From an uncultured Phycisphaerales bacterium (GTDB taxonomy: Bacteria > Planctomycetota > Phycisphaerae > SM23-33), in NCBI GenBank assembly GCA_965369385.1, contig CBDUQP010000004.1, forward strand, positions 1 through 61,368: 61,368 bases of DNA, given 5' to 3'. Positions 39,394 to 49,030 of the stretch are shown in pieces; the stretch's first letter is position 1, and the number at the start of each line of letters is the position of its first letter. A program made the position numbers and the translations under genes. Below the pieces are notes generated by a model. That model did not search any database. It was not told the DNA's origin and saw nothing but the letters and a program-made list of their open reading frames with translations.

Positions 39394-40091
39394 TACATCT
39401 CCTGTCTGTAAGTTGCCTGTTGAGACACCGATCATTACTGAATCGCAGCGTCGGCTACCCTGCACCTTCACAACCTACCCATTAAGTGCACGCACCGCCA
39501 GACAAGAATCTCATCCCCAACTGCACGCTACGAAGTGGGAAATCTGCGATGCTGCGAAATGGTGCAAATTGTTACACAATCTCAATATTTGCATCATTGC
39601 GGAAAATCGTTATGTGTTTTGCATGACAGCCGTTATCACGATAATGCAAAATTCGCGTGTCCATATGCGCCACATGTGTGTTTTCTGCGTTCTTGCGTGC
39701 TTATCGCACGTGCGAGGCCAAACAATTTCCAATCGCCTGCATCATATTGGTTATGGTCGGTCAGTATATAGATATATGACTGTGCCCTGCATAGCTTCAG
39801 CGACGCAGGGTCGCGATCCCGGTGTACGTCCAGACAGGCCAAGACCAGCGCGGGCGACCACACTGATTTGGCGACAAACGCAAAGGGCAATAGCTGAGAT
39901 TATCAAGACGCGTTAAGCCTCTGGACTACCGCGCAGCCAGTGGGTATAGTTCCTGCTTGAAAGGGATTGGTCGGCGGGCGTGAAGCTCGCAGGCGGCTGG
40001 GCGCGCGTTACTGCATCAGACGCGGGCAGACATGGATTGTCCGCAGTGACCGGCAATTCCAAAGCGTTTTACGCCTTTGGAGTACAAAAGA

Positions 40092-40529
40092 ATGGTATTC
40101 TCACTTCAACAATTCAAGGCCGCTCGCAGACGCAAACGGATCATCGGGATTCTGGCGTTCTGGGCAGGGTTATTCCTGTTCCTGCTGGACGTATTCACCT
40201 CATTCCCAACGCCCATCAGGGGTGCGTTCACCCTGTGGTGGCTGGCAGTCATTGCGATTGGCGGAATAATGTGGATGGCATCCAAGCGTCTACCGCTGGA
40301 AGAAACCGTCGAAATCGCACGCAAGCCCCTATATGGCGGCGAGCTGATGGTGACCAACCTCACCGGCGAACTGAACACCAACCTGTCCACCGCAGAGAAG
40401 ATACTGAAAGCACTTGAAGCCAAGGGATACGCACGTCGTGAAGATCGCGGCGAAACCAGTGTCTGGGTGTTCCCGGAAGTCAAACAGACTCCACCATCAT
40501 CAACTACCGATTCGCAGCGATGGAACTGA
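40092..40529 (+). CDS. Small 2-TM membrane protein with C-terminal winged-helix-like domain
   Basis: Two hydrophobic helices, then GGELMVTNL..ELNTNLSTAEKILKALEAKGYARRE..G..VWVFPE. Confidence 0.7.
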   Translation: MVFSLQQFKAARRRKRIIGILAFWAGLFLFLLDVFTSFPTPIRGAFTLWWLAVIAIGGIMWMASKRLPLEETVEIARKPLYGGELMVTNLTGELNTNLSTAEKILKALEAKGYARREDRGETSVWVFPEVKQTPPSSTTDSQRWN

Positions 40530-40698
40530 TTACGCCTTGGCGGCGAGTTACGCCTGGGCTGCGAGACTCAGCGGCCGGAGCTTTTGCAGAGTCATTGTCC
40601 TGGCGATATGCGTCGGGATAGATCGCGAATCTAACCTGTCTAAACAAACACACGAAGAGAATTCCCGTTTCCGGAATTGTTGAAAGAAGGATTAGAAC

Positions 40699-42336
40699 AT
40701 GAAGATAGTCTGGCCAAAACGCAATGACGGCGGCCTGGACGATTATGGCATCAGTCCCCTTGTAATCGCGAAGTATGGCGGCATGGCGATAGCGATAGTC
40801 ATAGTAGCAGCGGTGCTGTTCGTCTGGTTCCAATGCCGCATAGACGTAGCCAAGGGGCAGTTTGTACTGCTCATGAAGAAGACGGGCAAGGACATCACCA
40901 ACGTAATGGAGCTTGCCCCCGACCTGGACTACAAGGGCCCGCAGTTTGAGCTGCTCAAGGAAGGAAGACACTTCCGCAATCCGTGGACGTGGCACTGGAA
41001 TGCCCCCCAGGACGCTACGATCATAGAAAACGGCCACGTGGGCATACTCACGCGTCTGTACGGTGATCCGATCACGCCTGACCAGGTGATCGCGATGAAG
41101 AACAACGAGAAAGGCATCCTTGAGATGCCACTCAAGCCGGGCAGGCACTACATCAACACATGGGCTTACGATATCAAGACTGTGCCCATGGTACGTATCG
41201 CGCCGGGGTATGTGGGCATCGTAACAAGGCGTGTCGGCCGAAAGCCGAAAGACTCAAACGTGTTCGTCGTTAACAAGGGCGAACGAGGCACGCAGAAGCA
41301 GTGGCTCAAGCCGGGCACGCACGTGGAATTCTCGAATGTCTATGTCTACACCGTTACTCCGATCAACACTACCAGCCAGAAGTTCGAGATGGCCGGCAAG
41401 TATGGCGTCACATTCCCCTCGCTTTACGGATTTGACATCAAGGTGGAAGGCACCGTGGAATGGGCACCCGAGAAGGATAAGCTGCCCGAGCTGTTCGTGA
41501 AGTATGTGGACGCGGAGGACCTGAGGGCCTCGGGCGGACTGAACAACTTCGAACGCAAGCTGATCCTGCCATTCGCCAGATCATACTTCCGCACGGTCGG
41601 CGGCCAGTACCGGGCAGTCGACTTCATCACCGGTAACACCCGTATCGTGGTTCAAAAGCGGGTCGAAGAGAAGCTGCGGGAATCATGCAGGAACGAAGGC
41701 ATACACATCAAGTCATTCGTGATTCGCGAAACCAAACCCCCCATCGACATACGCTCACAATACGAACGACGTGAACTGGCGATGCGGCAGAAGGATCAAT
41801 TCTCCAAGGAAATCGAAACCGCAATCGGAACGCCGATCCTTGGTAAGGACGGCAAGCCCGTGCTGGACAAGAACAAGCAGCCAATGCTGGACGGCGGCAG
41901 GCTGGCGATGGCCATTCAGGAACGCCAGAAAGACCGCGAGAGCAAGCTGGGCAAGGTCAGACAGAAGATAGCCACGAACGTTCGAGCGGCTGAGCAGTAC
42001 CGCGGAGTCGAAGTGACCAAGGCAAGACGAAAGTTGGAAGTCGCACGTATCCAACTCGAAGCAGCCAAGGACCGCGCGGCCCAGGTGCTCGCCAAAGGCA
42101 AGGCTGCCGCAGCAGTTGAGGTCATGGGGCACAAGGCCGAAGCCGAAGGCGTGCGTGCCAAGATCGGCGCATTTGGGACTGGCAACAGGTATGCCGAATA
42201 CCAACTCATTATGAGACTAGCGCCTGGCATTCAGAAGATATTGTCGAACACCAATGGCCCGTTCGCCAAGCTGTTTGAGCGGTTCTCGGCAATCAGCAGC
42301 GATTCCACAAACACCACGGCCCCCGCCGGCAAATAA
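40699..42336 (+). CDS. SPFH (band 7) domain protein with three tandem N-terminal beta-repeats
   Basis: TM anchor; repeats ending LKEGRHF, LKPGRHY, LKPGTH; SPFH2 (FPSLYGFDIKVEGTVEW); Ala/Glu-rich coiled coil. Confidence 0.85.
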   Translation: MKIVWPKRNDGGLDDYGISPLVIAKYGGMAIAIVIVAAVLFVWFQCRIDVAKGQFVLLMKKTGKDITNVMELAPDLDYKGPQFELLKEGRHFRNPWTWHWNAPQDATIIENGHVGILTRLYGDPITPDQVIAMKNNEKGILEMPLKPGRHYINTWAYDIKTVPMVRIAPGYVGIVTRRVGRKPKDSNVFVVNKGERGTQKQWLKPGTHVEFSNVYVYTVTPINTTSQKFEMAGKYGVTFPSLYGFDIKVEGTVEWAPEKDKLPELFVKYVDAEDLRASGGLNNFERKLILPFARSYFRTVGGQYRAVDFITGNTRIVVQKRVEEKLRESCRNEGIHIKSFVIRETKPPIDIRSQYERRELAMRQKDQFSKEIETAIGTPILGKDGKPVLDKNKQPMLDGGRLAMAIQERQKDRESKLGKVRQKIATNVRAAEQYRGVEVTKARRKLEVARIQLEAAKDRAAQVLAKGKAAAAVEVMGHKAEAEGVRAKIGAFGTGNRYAEYQLIMRLAPGIQKILSNTNGPFAKLFERFSAISSDSTNTTAPAGK

Positions 42337-42368
42337 CCCCGCCAAAGCGGCCAATGGAGTAAATAGAT

Positions 42369-43835
42369 ATGCTTGAAAAAATAGTCATTGCAGTTCTAGC
42401 GGTGGTTCTGGTGCTGGTAGTCGTTGTGGGCGGTTGGACAGCGGCCTGCTACAACTACTGCCCGCCCGGCAGCTCGCTACAGATAACCAACAAGACCGGC
42501 AAGTCCGGAGCAGACGGAAGATACGCCAAGGAAGACCAGATGGGCGTAAGGGAACAGATGCTGGGCCCGGGACGCCACTTCTGGAACCCCTGGAACTACA
42601 CGCTGGGACAAGTGCGAAACATCAAGGTCGAGCCCGGAATGGTCTGCGTAGTGATGAACAAGATCGGCAAGAAGATTTCCGATACTGACAGGTTCCTCGC
42701 CCGACCCGACGAAAAAGGCACGCAGATGGAAGTGCTGACGCCGGGTATCTGGCGTATCAACACCTTCGGCCAGACGGTTAAGCCCGTGCCCGCAATCGAG
42801 ATCAAACCTGGATACGTTGGCGTGCAGACACTCCAGGGGCTTGGTGGTGGCAAGGACGGCAAGGGAATTCTGCCTACCGTTCTTCAGCCCGGCTATTACA
42901 ACATCAATCCCGAAGAGCGTCGCGTGGACCCGGTGGAGATCGGTTATCGCGTCTGGCCGTCCACGGCTGCCTTGAAGAAATCCGGCGTAACCTTCCCGCT
43001 GGCAGACGGAAAACAGATGACGCTCGAGTTCACGGTGGTTTGGGGCATCTTCCCAAAGGAAGCCCCCCGCATCATCCGTGAATACGGCGGAATCGACAAG
43101 GTGGAAAAGAAGGTCATCGAGCCGCAGGTTATGAGTATCTGCAAGAATGCGGGATCAAACCTCACGACACAGCAGTTCATCCAGGGAAAGACCCGTCAGG
43201 AATTCCAGGAGAAGGTGACCGAGTCGCTCAAGAAGATCGGCGAGGAAAAGGGTATCCACTTCATGATCGCGCTTGTCCGCGGGTTCCATGCAGACGAGAC
43301 AATCAGGAAGACCATCCAGGCCCAAAAGATTGCCGAAGAAGAGAAAATTACCCTCAAAATCGAGCAGCAACGCGGGAAAGTAGCCGCTGAGCTTGAAAAG
43401 GCCGAACGCAAACTCCAGATCGCCCTCAGCGACTTCGACGCGGAAACCGAAGCCAAGGTTCAGGAAGAGAACGAAAAGGGCATAAAGAAGGCCGCCGAGA
43501 TCCAGGCCCTGGCCAATCGCGAAGTGGCCGCTCTCCAGAGGCAATCTGCCGAGCTCGACGCCCAAATCACACGAATCGCCGGACAAGCCCGGGCCGATGT
43601 GATCGAAGCAACGAAACGTGCCGAAGCTACCCGCCTCGAACTGCTCATCAAGGCGTACGGTGGAGCAACTCCCTATAACCTGGCGACGTTCGCCGAGTAT
43701 CTGCCCAAAGATATCCAGATCGAATATCGCTACGCAGGCGAGGGTACCTTCTGGACAGATGCAGCGGGATCAATGAAGGATAACGCAGCAAAGGTAATCC
43801 TCAACGACAAGAATAACGCACGCGGTAAGCCATAA
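42369..43835 (+). CDS. Second SPFH domain protein with three tandem beta-repeats
   Basis: TM anchor; repeats ending LGPGRHFWNP, LTPGIWRIN, LQPGYYNINP; FPLADGKQMTLEFTVVW; coiled coil. Confidence 0.85.
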   Translation: MLEKIVIAVLAVVLVLVVVVGGWTAACYNYCPPGSSLQITNKTGKSGADGRYAKEDQMGVREQMLGPGRHFWNPWNYTLGQVRNIKVEPGMVCVVMNKIGKKISDTDRFLARPDEKGTQMEVLTPGIWRINTFGQTVKPVPAIEIKPGYVGVQTLQGLGGGKDGKGILPTVLQPGYYNINPEERRVDPVEIGYRVWPSTAALKKSGVTFPLADGKQMTLEFTVVWGIFPKEAPRIIREYGGIDKVEKKVIEPQVMSICKNAGSNLTTQQFIQGKTRQEFQEKVTESLKKIGEEKGIHFMIALVRGFHADETIRKTIQAQKIAEEEKITLKIEQQRGKVAAELEKAERKLQIALSDFDAETEAKVQEENEKGIKKAAEIQALANREVAALQRQSAELDAQITRIAGQARADVIEATKRAEATRLELLIKAYGGATPYNLATFAEYLPKDIQIEYRYAGEGTFWTDAAGSMKDNAAKVILNDKNNARGKP

Positions 43836-43907
43836 CGCCAGCATCAGGCCATGACGGCTGATCTTCAGCCGGCCTGGCGAAGAAGCGTTTTAGCGCTTTT
43901 CGTATAG

Positions 43908-43950
43908 AATGTCCCCGATACGCCAAATCATCGGCGTATCGGGGACATTT
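43908..43950 (+). terminator. Intrinsic terminator of the SPFH cluster
   Basis: Perfect 17-bp stem AATGTCCCCGATACGCC/GGCGTATCGGGGACATT. Confidence 0.7.
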
Positions 43951-44003
43951 GCTGCGCATTGACGGCCGGCTGCCCCCTTCCGAATTTTCTCTAAAACAGC
44001 CCC

Positions 44004-44032
44004 TTGACCTGGCCTTTCGGAGTTGGTATGTT
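44004..44032 (+). promoter_or_regulatory. sigma70 promoter with extended -10 for PEPCK
   Basis: TTGACC-17nt (ending TGG)-TATGTT. Confidence 0.5.
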
Positions 44033-44153
44033 CTGACAGCGGAAGTTTTGATTTTAACATCAACTGGACCAGCTTGTCGCCTGTCCCTGTGGCGATTGAA
44101 CTGGCCCAATATTTTTGCGCTAGCTTTGGCGCTAACCTCTAACTGGAAGTATC

Positions 44154-45998
44154 ATGGAACAGAAATACGCCGACGTCCTTAAAGGAAAACTAGACGCCGA
44201 CAGCATGGCCAAACTTGAGGCCCTTGACAACGCAAACCTGCACGAATTCGTCGCAGATGCAGTGGAGCTTTGCCAGCCTGATACAGTGAAGGTATGCAGC
44301 GACGATCCCGCCGACATCGCATGGATCCGCCAAGCAGCCATCGACAATAGCGAAGAAACCCAGCTGACCACCGAAGGGCACACCGCTCACTTCGACAGCC
44401 CCAAGGACCAGGCACGCGACAAGAGCGTAACGAAGTACCTGGTGCCCGAAGGTGCTGATTTTGATCGCAGTCTTGGTGCGGTTGATCGCGACGCAGGCAT
44501 CGCCGAACTCCGCGGCATTTTCAGTGGAAGCATGAAGGGCAAGACGATGTATGTGCGGTTCTTCTGCCTGGGCCCGGTTGATTCCAAGTTCAGCATCTCC
44601 TGTGCACAGCTCACCGACTCCGCTTACGTTGCCCACAGCGAAGATATGCTCTATCGCGCCGGCTACGAACAGTTCAAGAAAGTCGGCGAGACCAACGACT
44701 TCTTCCGCTTCCTGCACACCGCCGGTCGCACGGAGAACAATGTCTCGGTAGATGTCGACAAGCGTCGCATCTATATGGACCACACCACCAACACCGTGTT
44801 CAGCACCAACACCCAGTACGCCGGTAACACCGTCGGCCTGAAGAAGCTTTCGCTGCGTCTTGCGATTCGTCGCGCCGATGCCGAAGGCTGGCTGGCTGAG
44901 CATATGTTCATCATGGGCTGCAACGGCCCCAAAGATCGCGTCACATACTTCGCCGGTGCGTTCCCCAGTGCATGCGGCAAGACGTCAACGGCTATGCTTC
45001 CGGGCGAAACCATCATCGGTGATGACCTGGCCTACTTCCGCGTGATCGATGGCGAGCTTCGCGCAGTGAACGTGGAATCCGGCATCTTCGGCATCATCGG
45101 CGACGTTAACGGCGATGACGATCCTGTCATCTTCGACGTCCTGAAGAATCCCGGTGAGGTCATCTTCGGTAACGTGCTCGTGAAAGACGGCACCCCCTAC
45201 TGGACCGGAATGGGCGAAGACCTCCCCGCCGACGGCACGAACTTCGCCGGCGCATGGAAGGCCGATGCAGACACACCGCCGTCACACAAGAACGCTCGCT
45301 ACACTGTGCGTCTCAGCTCGCTTGCTAACCGTGACGTCGAAGCAGACAACCCCAACGGCGTATCGCTGGGCGGCATCATCTACGGCGGACGCGACAGCGA
45401 CACCAGCGTCCCCCTGCAGCAGAGCTATGACTGGGCACACGGCATCATGATGGGTGCATCGCTCGAGAGCGAAACCACCGCCGCCACGCTGGGTGCAGAA
45501 GGCGTACGCACATTCAATCCCATGAGTAACATGGACTTCCTTTCGATGCCGCTGGCGAAGTACATCCAGAACAATCTGGACTTCGGTGCCAAGATCAGCA
45601 ATCAGCCGGCCATCTTCTGCGTGAACTACTTCCTCAAGAAGGATGGCAAGTTCCTCAACGGCAAGCTCGACAAGGGCATCTGGGTGAAATGGATGGACCT
45701 TCGCGTCAATGGCGAAGTCGACGCCATCAACGCCCCCACCGGTATGCTGCCGAAGTACGAAGACCTGGCCAAGCTCTTCAAGCAGTACCGCGATGCGGAT
45801 TACACCACGGAAGAGTACGTAGAGCAGTTCACCATCCGCATCCCCGAGTGCCTCGCCAAGCTCGACAGGATCGGTAAGATCTACAGTGAAGTGCCCAACA
45901 CGCCGCAGGCAATACTCGACGCCATGGCCGCCCAGCGCAAACGCCTGGAAGAAACCCAGGCCGCCAAGGGCGACTACGTCAACCCCTGCGACCTCTAA
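44154..45998 (+). CDS. pckG: Phosphoenolpyruvate carboxykinase (GTP)
   Basis: QYAGN..GLKK, WLAEHM, AFPSACGKTS, IGDDLAY, HKNARY, IIYGGR, FNPMS. Confidence 0.95.
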   Translation: MEQKYADVLKGKLDADSMAKLEALDNANLHEFVADAVELCQPDTVKVCSDDPADIAWIRQAAIDNSEETQLTTEGHTAHFDSPKDQARDKSVTKYLVPEGADFDRSLGAVDRDAGIAELRGIFSGSMKGKTMYVRFFCLGPVDSKFSISCAQLTDSAYVAHSEDMLYRAGYEQFKKVGETNDFFRFLHTAGRTENNVSVDVDKRRIYMDHTTNTVFSTNTQYAGNTVGLKKLSLRLAIRRADAEGWLAEHMFIMGCNGPKDRVTYFAGAFPSACGKTSTAMLPGETIIGDDLAYFRVIDGELRAVNVESGIFGIIGDVNGDDDPVIFDVLKNPGEVIFGNVLVKDGTPYWTGMGEDLPADGTNFAGAWKADADTPPSHKNARYTVRLSSLANRDVEADNPNGVSLGGIIYGGRDSDTSVPLQQSYDWAHGIMMGASLESETTAATLGAEGVRTFNPMSNMDFLSMPLAKYIQNNLDFGAKISNQPAIFCVNYFLKKDGKFLNGKLDKGIWVKWMDLRVNGEVDAINAPTGMLPKYEDLAKLFKQYRDADYTTEEYVEQFTIRIPECLAKLDRIGKIYSEVPNTPQAILDAMAAQRKRLEETQAAKGDYVNPCDL

Positions 45999-46004
45999 AC
46001 CGGC

Positions 46005-46164
46005 TAGAGCATTCCCAGTTCAGATGCAGCGGATTGAGCGTCGGCGAGGACGAGGCTGACAAGGACGGCGAAGCAGGCAACCCTATGGGTTGCCGATGCA
46101 GCCGGACGCAGACAGCCGAAGCCGCAGGTAGCTCAAACGCTACAGATGGATTGGGAATGCTCTA
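46005..46164. mobile_element. 160-bp MITE-like element with perfect 13-bp terminal inverted repeats (TA ends)
   Basis: TAGAGCATTCCCA ... TGGGAATGCTCTA; non-coding; begins 7 nt after the pck stop. Confidence 0.75.
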
Positions 46165-46180
46165 AACATACGTAACAAAC

Positions 46181-46224
46181 AAGAAGCCCACCCTCGCATA
46201 TGCGGGGATGGGCTTCTTTCTTTT
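46181..46224 (+). terminator. Intrinsic terminator of pck
   Basis: AAGAAGCCCA-CCCTCGCATATGCGGGG-ATGGGCTTCTTTCTTTT. Confidence 0.7.
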
Positions 46225-46242
46225 GGTCTGTGAAAGCGTGGA

Positions 46243-46675
46243 CCGCAAAAAAGGGACAGTCCCAGAAGCGGGACAGTCCCGAATGGCACTGCCGTCGCCT
46301 TTGGCCGCTTCTTTGTCGTTCGGGCCGAAGGTCCGATGGGCAGTTAGCCGGGGGTCAGCCGCGACGTAAGTCGTGGTGCAGCCCCCGGATATGGCTCTCT
46401 AAACTCCCCGCCCCGAAGGGGCGGGGGGAGAAGCGTGGCTTGCGAATTGACGAGGGTAATTGGCACAAGAGTTGTCCATGTATCCGGCATCAACGCGACG
46501 CAAAAGCTCGTCTGGCCACCCCTTCGGGGTTCTGATATTTTGGGCTTGGGATCCGGGGGTTCCCTCCCGTTGGTCGGTCACGCCCCGGCTATCCGCCCAT
46601 CGGACCTTCGGCCCGAACGGCCAAAAACAACCAAAACAGACGGCAGTGCCATTGGGGACAGTCCCGAATGCCATT
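46243..46675. repeat. REP/REPIN-like nested palindromic element with three GGGACAGTCCC copies
   Basis: Arm pairs 46282-46296/46639-46653, 46318-46353/46583-46618, 46382-46390/46551-46559, 46411-46421/46519-46529; GGGACAGTCCC at 46253, 46270, 46655. Confidence 0.85.
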
Positions 46676-46800
46676 AAGATAAGACATAACTCCCTTCTTT
46701 GCTATATGTTGGGCACTCTCCCGGGTGGCATGGCGACACCGAAGGGGTCGCCATGATTACAAAGCGTAACCGGCACCATGGCGACCTTCTGTTGCGGTGA

Positions 46801-47880
46801 CTAACGTCTTACCCGGGCGTTGCCTTCCCATATGCTCCATACTTGCTCTTCGTCCGCGGGCTGGCCGTAATCGGTGAGCATCGTCGTCGCAAGTGCGCCG
46901 GTCGCCCATCCAAACTGGGCCCACTTCTCAGTCTCCCAGCCTTTCATTATCGCATACAGCATCCCGCCCACAAAACCGTCACCGCCGCCGATGCGGTCCA
47001 GAACGGTTATCTCGCGGGGTTCCACGACATGCCATTCGTCGCCGGCCGACATTATCGCACCCCAGCGGTGGCAGTTCGTATTGACTACTTCCCGCAGCGT
47101 GGTAGCAAACACCGTAGCGTTGGGGAACGCTTCCTTGGCGCGGTTGATCATGCCCTTAAAGCCATCTATCTTGGCCGCCAGATCTGCGCCGCCAGCTTCC
47201 GGGCCTTCGAGACCCAGGCAAAGCTGGAAATCTTCTTCGTTACCTATAAGGATGTCGGAGACGCCGGCGATTTCCAGGAATATCTCGCTGAGTTCCTGCT
47301 CGCGGCCCTTCCAGAACGATGCGCGGTGGTTCAGATCGAACGAGATTCGCGTTCCATGCTTGCTGGCTGCCCTGGCAACTTCCAGGCAGAACTTGCCCGT
47401 CTCGGGCGACAGTGCAGCGATCAGCCCGGAAAGGTGCACCACCTGAACGCCCTCTTCACCGAAAATCCGCTCCAGATCGAAATCCTTCACGTTCAGTGTC
47501 CTGCCCACTTCGCCGGCCCGGTCATTCTGCACACGAGGGCCTCTTGAGCCAACGCCACTATCTGCGAGGTTGAACTGGTGGCGATATCCCCAGGGATCGC
47601 CCTGTTCAACATCTTTGCCTTCGTAGTCCATGTGTCGGCCGGCGAGGTCGTCCTTGATGAACCTTGCGATTGGGCTGTCCTTGACGAAGGTGGTGAGCAC
47701 CTTCACGGGCAATCCCAGGTACGACGAAACGCTCGCCACGTTGGATTCCGCACTGGTGGCCTGCATTTTGAAGGTATCACTGCAGTGCATTGGCTGGCCG
47801 TTGACGGGCGTCAGACGAACGCCCATGCTTGTGGCAATCAGCAAAGAGTAGGAATATTCTTTTCTTAGTTCGATACTCAC
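46801..47880 (-). CDS. PfkB family sugar kinase (2-keto-3-deoxygluconate kinase-like)
   Basis: SAESNVA, SFDLNHRASFW, IGNEED, DRIGGGDGFVGG; GTG start with AGGAG RBS. Confidence 0.88.
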   Translation of the reverse strand: MSIELRKEYSYSLLIATSMGVRLTPVNGQPMHCSDTFKMQATSAESNVASVSSYLGLPVKVLTTFVKDSPIARFIKDDLAGRHMDYEGKDVEQGDPWGYRHQFNLADSGVGSRGPRVQNDRAGEVGRTLNVKDFDLERIFGEEGVQVVHLSGLIAALSPETGKFCLEVARAASKHGTRISFDLNHRASFWKGREQELSEIFLEIAGVSDILIGNEEDFQLCLGLEGPEAGGADLAAKIDGFKGMINRAKEAFPNATVFATTLREVVNTNCHRWGAIMSAGDEWHVVEPREITVLDRIGGGDGFVGGMLYAIMKGWETEKWAQFGWATGALATTMLTDYGQPADEEQVWSIWEGNARVRR

Positions 47881-48299
47881 TATGGAGCTCCTTATATAGA
47901 GAACGAATAATATCAGCGGGCCTGGGCTCGTGGCAGCGACTGATCCGGGCCGCGATAGAACAGACTCAATATCAGATTTGGGATCAAATCGCAATCGTCA
48001 GGTGCTCCTGGGGGGAAATCCGCAAGGAATACTGGGAAAGATACTTGGGGGCCGGAATGGCTGCGGAGCGACGTTTGGCAACCGCTGGCGAATGTGACAA
48101 TTTCCCTAAGAATATTCCTTGCAAAATTGCAGATGTATGGTAGTTTCGGACTTGCGTAAATTCGTGCTGGGCAAGTCATTTTACCCCGCACGTACGTGAG
48201 GAAGTATATTCAACTAACCAGGGAGCGGTGCGGCCTGCTGGGCACAAAGTGGGTCTTGGTTGCTCGTGCTCTTGGTGCAGATTCTTTGGAGGTTGTAGA

Positions 48300-48914
48300 A
48301 TGTTCAAATTTCGGTCCGTCTTAGCGACTATCGTGATTCTGCTGGTGGCAACGGCTGCCCAAGGCGCACGGCTGAATCTGCCGCTCCCACACTATCCCTA
48401 TGTCTCCTCAGCATTTATCGACATAGACTTCGTACCCAGTGCTGGTGGAACGGATGGAACACTCACAGCCTACGGCTACACGGCACAGCTCCGAACAGAT
48501 GCAACTACAACTAGCGATCTCTTTGGTGAGTTCTCCCTTACCGCACAGATAGACGCCGAAGGCATTGCTTCCAGCGGATCGCTCAGCCTGACGTCAGATT
48601 TCGCCGATTCGATCATGTACAACTCCACAGATCTCACAGGCTTCGGGTTTGGTGGGGATGAAGACATGATGGAGTTCACTTTCACCCAGGACGGCGCAAC
48701 GAGTATGGTTCCCGATGATGCGATGCTCTGCGTTATCCTGTACGGTATCGGCATGCCCGGCAGCCAATACGATTTCACAACGTCATGGGACAATTACGAC
48801 GGCACTCCCGGCAATGGCAATGGTCACAGCGAGACGTTCTACGCTCCCGAACCGGCTACGATGATCCTGCTGGCAGCCGGCAGCCTGGGCCTTCTCCGCA
48901 GGCGGCGTAAGTAG
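48300..48914 (+). CDS. PEP-CTERM sorting domain protein
   Basis: Sec signal (…ATAAQG); C-terminal APEPATMILLAAGSLGLLRRRRK. Confidence 0.9.
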   Translation: MFKFRSVLATIVILLVATAAQGARLNLPLPHYPYVSSAFIDIDFVPSAGGTDGTLTAYGYTAQLRTDATTTSDLFGEFSLTAQIDAEGIASSGSLSLTSDFADSIMYNSTDLTGFGFGGDEDMMEFTFTQDGATSMVPDDAMLCVILYGIGMPGSQYDFTTSWDNYDGTPGNGNGHSETFYAPEPATMILLAAGSLGLLRRRRK

Positions 48915-49030
48915 GTAAACACCTTGGATACAAGGTATTCAGTTAGCAAACGAGAGATCAATTCCCCGATGCCCAGAAGGTGTCGGGGATGTCTCGTTTA
49001 GGAATATTCAAGTGATGGCTTGAACCATAA

